DNA of 48,263 nucleotides from a virus (Duplodnaviria; Heunggongvirae; Uroviricota; Caudoviricetes): IMG/VR virus record IMGVR_UViG_2534681708_000006, positions 1 to 48,263 of that record; one strand, 5' to 3'. Shown piece by piece: positions 45,409 to 48,263 of this stretch (position 1 is its first letter; each line of letters starts with the position of its first letter). The notes under the pieces were generated by a model. It saw only the letters and a program-made list of their open reading frames with translations, ran no database searches and was not told where the DNA came from. The position numbers and the translations under genes were made by a program.

Positions 45409-47700
45409 ATGTCTGTAGTGATATCAGGTGTGCTGATTGATGGCGCAGGCATCCCCATGTCCGGATGCCATATTATTCTTAAATCCCGGGTAAACACCTC
45501 AGAAGTGGTGATGCGCACAGTTGCTGATGTGGTGACAGGAAACTGTGGCGAGTACTGTTTTAAGGCGCAGACCGGCAAGTATTGCGTGTATCTGAAACAG
45601 GACTGGCACGACGAGTACTGTGTTGGCGACATTGCTGTATACGACGACTCAAAGCCCGGCACACTGAATGATTTTCTGACTGCCCTTGATGAAGGCGATT
45701 TAAAGCCGGATGTAGTGAAACGCTTTGAGGAAATGGTGGCGCAGGCGCAGCAGAGCGCGGAAGCGGCAGCGAAAAGCGAACGACAGGCCGGGCAACATGT
45801 CGCTGATGCGCAACAAATTAAGAGCGACTGCGAGATGCTGGCGGATAACGTACAGCAGAATGCAGAAGCCGTTGCCGAAGATAAAAATCAGGTGGCGCTG
45901 CTGGCATCATCTGCCACACAGGATGCCGCCCGGGCAGAACAGGCGGTCAAAGATGCCGATAAGATAGTCCAGAAAGCGGTCGATAAACTCGACGAAGCCG
46001 CAACGCTGACCGGTGAGGCAAAAGCCAGCGCCGAATCGGCTGCAAAAAGCGAGCAGAACGCGAAACAGCACAGGGACGAGGCGCAACGGATAGTTGATGA
46101 CCTGAAGGGAACCAACGCCAGCACGACGCAAAAAGGCCTGGTGCAACTCTGTAGTGATACAGACAACGACAGCGAAGAACTGGCAGCCACACCAAAGGCT
46201 GTCAAAACCGTCATGGACGAGACGAAAACAAAAGCGCCACTGGACAGCCCGGCGTTCACCGGCACGCCAACCACACCAACTCCACCGGACGATGCTGTCG
46301 GTCTGGAAACAGCGAACGCGGCATTTGTCCGCAAACTGCTCGCTGCACTGGTTGACTCGTCACCGGAAGTCCTGGACACGCTGAACGAGCTGGCTGCGGC
46401 GCTGGGCAATGACCCGGAGTTTGCGACGACAATCATGAACGCGCTGGCAGGTAAACAACCGTTAAACGATGTGCTGACAGCAATCAGTGAACTCAGTGAA
46501 CTGACGCAACGGGCAGATAATCTTCTGTACTTTAATCAGGACGGAAATGCTTCACTGTCTCCGTTGTCAGAAAAAGCCCGCGCATTACTGGCACTGGACA
46601 CGCCTGAAGCCATGCGCAATGAGCTTGAGCTGAAAAGCGCGGCGGTAAAGGACATTCAGACAGACCTTTACGACAGCTCGGAAGGCCGTATTGCGCTGCC
46701 AGGTGCATTTGGTTACGGAATGACGAATCCCGGAAGCACGGCAATTATTGCCAGCGATATGTTTGATGTAGCCAGAACTGCGCACAACGTACATCCGGGA
46801 CGGTATTACACCTTTTCCACGCAAACGGAAGAAACAACCGGGATAACAGAAATTATCTGGCTGGATAATGGCTGGGGCGACAAAACCAGTCAGACAGCAA
46901 CAAAGCTGGTTCTGTTTTTTGGAAAAGACGGACGGATTCTTATGACCGTTCGTGGCGATAATATCTCCGCCCCGGTCACATGGACGAATCTGACGCCACA
47001 ACTGGGCAACGCAGCACAAAAAGATGCGCAGGAGAATATTTACGACCGCACCGAAGGCCGTCTGGCGATTCCCGGCATGTTTGGATTCGGGAAAGTATTT
47101 TCCAGCGGCGACAGGACCGAGTTTAAAACAGAGGCCGATTTTCTCCGCTGGGTAAAAACGGCAAAACCCGGACGCTATGCCGTTTATGCAGATACAAATG
47201 CGGTAATACAGGGCGTGCTGTTCAAGGGTACCGTTGAAATTATCTGGCCGGAATCTCAACCCAATCCCAATCCGGCATATGTGGCCAAAATCATTATTTT
47301 TTACGGTATTAACGGTCATATTTATTACAATCGCTACTGGACTTCCGGAGATGGCTATCTGGTTGGCTGGGAGAACGTAAAATTCAGTCTGACTGCAAAG
47401 GATGTGGCGCTCTGGCTTAGCAAGTACACTTACCCCGCGTACGAGCCCGATATAGGTGCATTAGTACAGGCAGCGTACAGTCCCACGAGCAATCCTGGAA
47501 ACCTTCCGCTCAAATACGGGATTAACTATAGTGGTAGCTACCTGCATCCATATGTGTTTTCTGCACCTGTTAACGGCGGTTCTGCTGAAATCCACATTAC
47601 CGAAGATAAATTTTTACCTGGCACATACCGTGGGCTGGTTAACTATCCGGAACTACAGACGGAAGACTATATGCTTGGTCTGTTTGTGAGATTTGCGTAA
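45409..47700 (+). CDS. Side tail fibre protein (StfR-like N-terminus, coiled-coil shaft)
   Basis: N-terminus MSVVISGVLIDGAGIPMSGCHIILKSRVNTSEVV recalled as prophage side-tail-fibre N-domain. Confidence 0.65.
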   Translation: MSVVISGVLIDGAGIPMSGCHIILKSRVNTSEVVMRTVADVVTGNCGEYCFKAQTGKYCVYLKQDWHDEYCVGDIAVYDDSKPGTLNDFLTALDEGDLKPDVVKRFEEMVAQAQQSAEAAAKSERQAGQHVADAQQIKSDCEMLADNVQQNAEAVAEDKNQVALLASSATQDAARAEQAVKDADKIVQKAVDKLDEAATLTGEAKASAESAAKSEQNAKQHRDEAQRIVDDLKGTNASTTQKGLVQLCSDTDNDSEELAATPKAVKTVMDETKTKAPLDSPAFTGTPTTPTPPDDAVGLETANAAFVRKLLAALVDSSPEVLDTLNELAAALGNDPEFATTIMNALAGKQPLNDVLTAISELSELTQRADNLLYFNQDGNASLSPLSEKARALLALDTPEAMRNELELKSAAVKDIQTDLYDSSEGRIALPGAFGYGMTNPGSTAIIASDMFDVARTAHNVHPGRYYTFSTQTEETTGITEIIWLDNGWGDKTSQTATKLVLFFGKDGRILMTVRGDNISAPVTWTNLTPQLGNAAQKDAQENIYDRTEGRLAIPGMFGFGKVFSSGDRTEFKTEADFLRWVKTAKPGRYAVYADTNAVIQGVLFKGTVEIIWPESQPNPNPAYVAKIIIFYGINGHIYYNRYWTSGDGYLVGWENVKFSLTAKDVALWLSKYTYPAYEPDIGALVQAAYSPTSNPGNLPLKYGINYSGSYLHPYVFSAPVNGGSAEIHITEDKFLPGTYRGLVNYPELQTEDYMLGLFVRFA

Positions 47701-48263
47701 TGAAAATTCTTGATATCAAAAATGCGCATTACCTTGAAAGCGGTGCGATTGACTGCGAGGTTTTGTTTGAGGGTATGGAAGCCCCTGTTCCCTACACAGC
47801 CACGCCAGACGATACAGCGAAAACTGGCCAGCAAATCTGGCAGGAGTTGCAAAGCGGCAAATGGGGCGAAATCGCCCCGTTCACTGTTACGCCTGAAATG
47901 CTGGAAGCAGCAAAGGACGCTAAAAAACGAGAAATTGAGGTATGGCGCACAGAACAGGAAGCGCAGCCGTTCACGTTCGAATGGAACGGCCGCACCTGGA
48001 ACGCTGGCCCCGACTCACTGGCCCGCCTTTATCCGGTAGTAATGGCGGCGAAATCCGATACGGCACGAACCACCCTTGCGTGGGGTGATGCCGATAATCA
48101 ACAGGTGAAACTGTCGATGCCGGAACTGGAAGAACTGGCGGCAGCAATGGCGCAGGCTCAGGTCGATCGCAATGACGAGATTTATCGCCGTCAGCGTGAG
48201 ATGAAGCAAGAACTGAATAGTCTGGAGGATTTGAATTCGGTTAGGAATTTTATAGTGAAATAA
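47700..48263 (+). CDS. Tail fibre assembly protein (TfaR-like)
   Basis: 187 aa immediately after the side tail fibre; ends at window edge with stop. Confidence 0.6.
   Translation: MKILDIKNAHYLESGAIDCEVLFEGMEAPVPYTATPDDTAKTGQQIWQELQSGKWGEIAPFTVTPEMLEAAKDAKKREIEVWRTEQEAQPFTFEWNGRTWNAGPDSLARLYPVVMAAKSDTARTTLAWGDADNQQVKLSMPELEELAAAMAQAQVDRNDEIYRRQREMKQELNSLEDLNSVRNFIVK

Larger units (their letters stand above)
1..48263. mobile_element. Lambdoid prophage (Rac-type early region, Q-dependent late region, contractile-tail morphogenesis module); integrase through tail-fibre assembly gene
   Basis: Gene order int-xis-lar-annealase-recE-kilR-racR/ydaS/ydaT-replication-nin/Q-toxin-lysis-terminase-head-tail read from ORF translations. 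Attachment sites lie outside the window. Confidence 0.85.

Noticed and set aside
45888-46436. 182-aa minus-strand ORF and other antisense ORFs in the tail fibre coiled-coil region
   Set aside because: Ala/Ser-rich shadow of the coding strand.
46585-47319. 244-aa minus-strand ORF inside the side tail fibre gene
   Set aside because: Entirely antisense to a well-supported gene; Cys/Arg-rich shadow ORF with no RBS context.
1-48263. CRISPR arrays, insertion sequences, transposases
   Set aside because: No regularly spaced direct repeats and no transposase-like translation found.

Overview
The window is almost entirely one lambdoid prophage, read from its integrase (1..1236, minus strand) to a tail-fibre assembly gene ending at 48263. 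The left half is Rac-like: int, xis, Lar anti-restriction, a RecE-like exonuclease with a Red-beta-like annealase, KilR, then a RacR/YdaS/YdaT immunity switch with divergent promoters, and YdaU/P-like replication genes. A nin/Q module follows, then a pertussis-like AB5 toxin pair (ArtA/ArtB-like) sitting between the Q gene and the lysis genes, a lysis cassette (two membrane proteins, M15 peptidase endolysin, Rz/Rz1), terminase, head genes and a P2/Mu-like contractile tail module. Several visibly AT-rich accessory insertions interrupt this backbone. The most interesting is a translationally coupled three-gene operon (12815..14965, minus strand) of proteins I cannot assign to any family, the last with a PD-(D/E)xK-like nuclease motif; I rank it as a candidate novel anti-phage defence system. 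It is flanked by a second Q-family paralog and a hok/sok-type toxin locus whose mRNA ends show fold-back complementarity. A further insertion in the baseplate region carries an antirepressor and a secreted LprI/DUF1311-like protein. All product calls rest on reading the translations and on gene order; no database search was run. Coordinates of promoters, terminators and sub-60-aa ORFs were indexed by hand and may be off by 1-3 nt.
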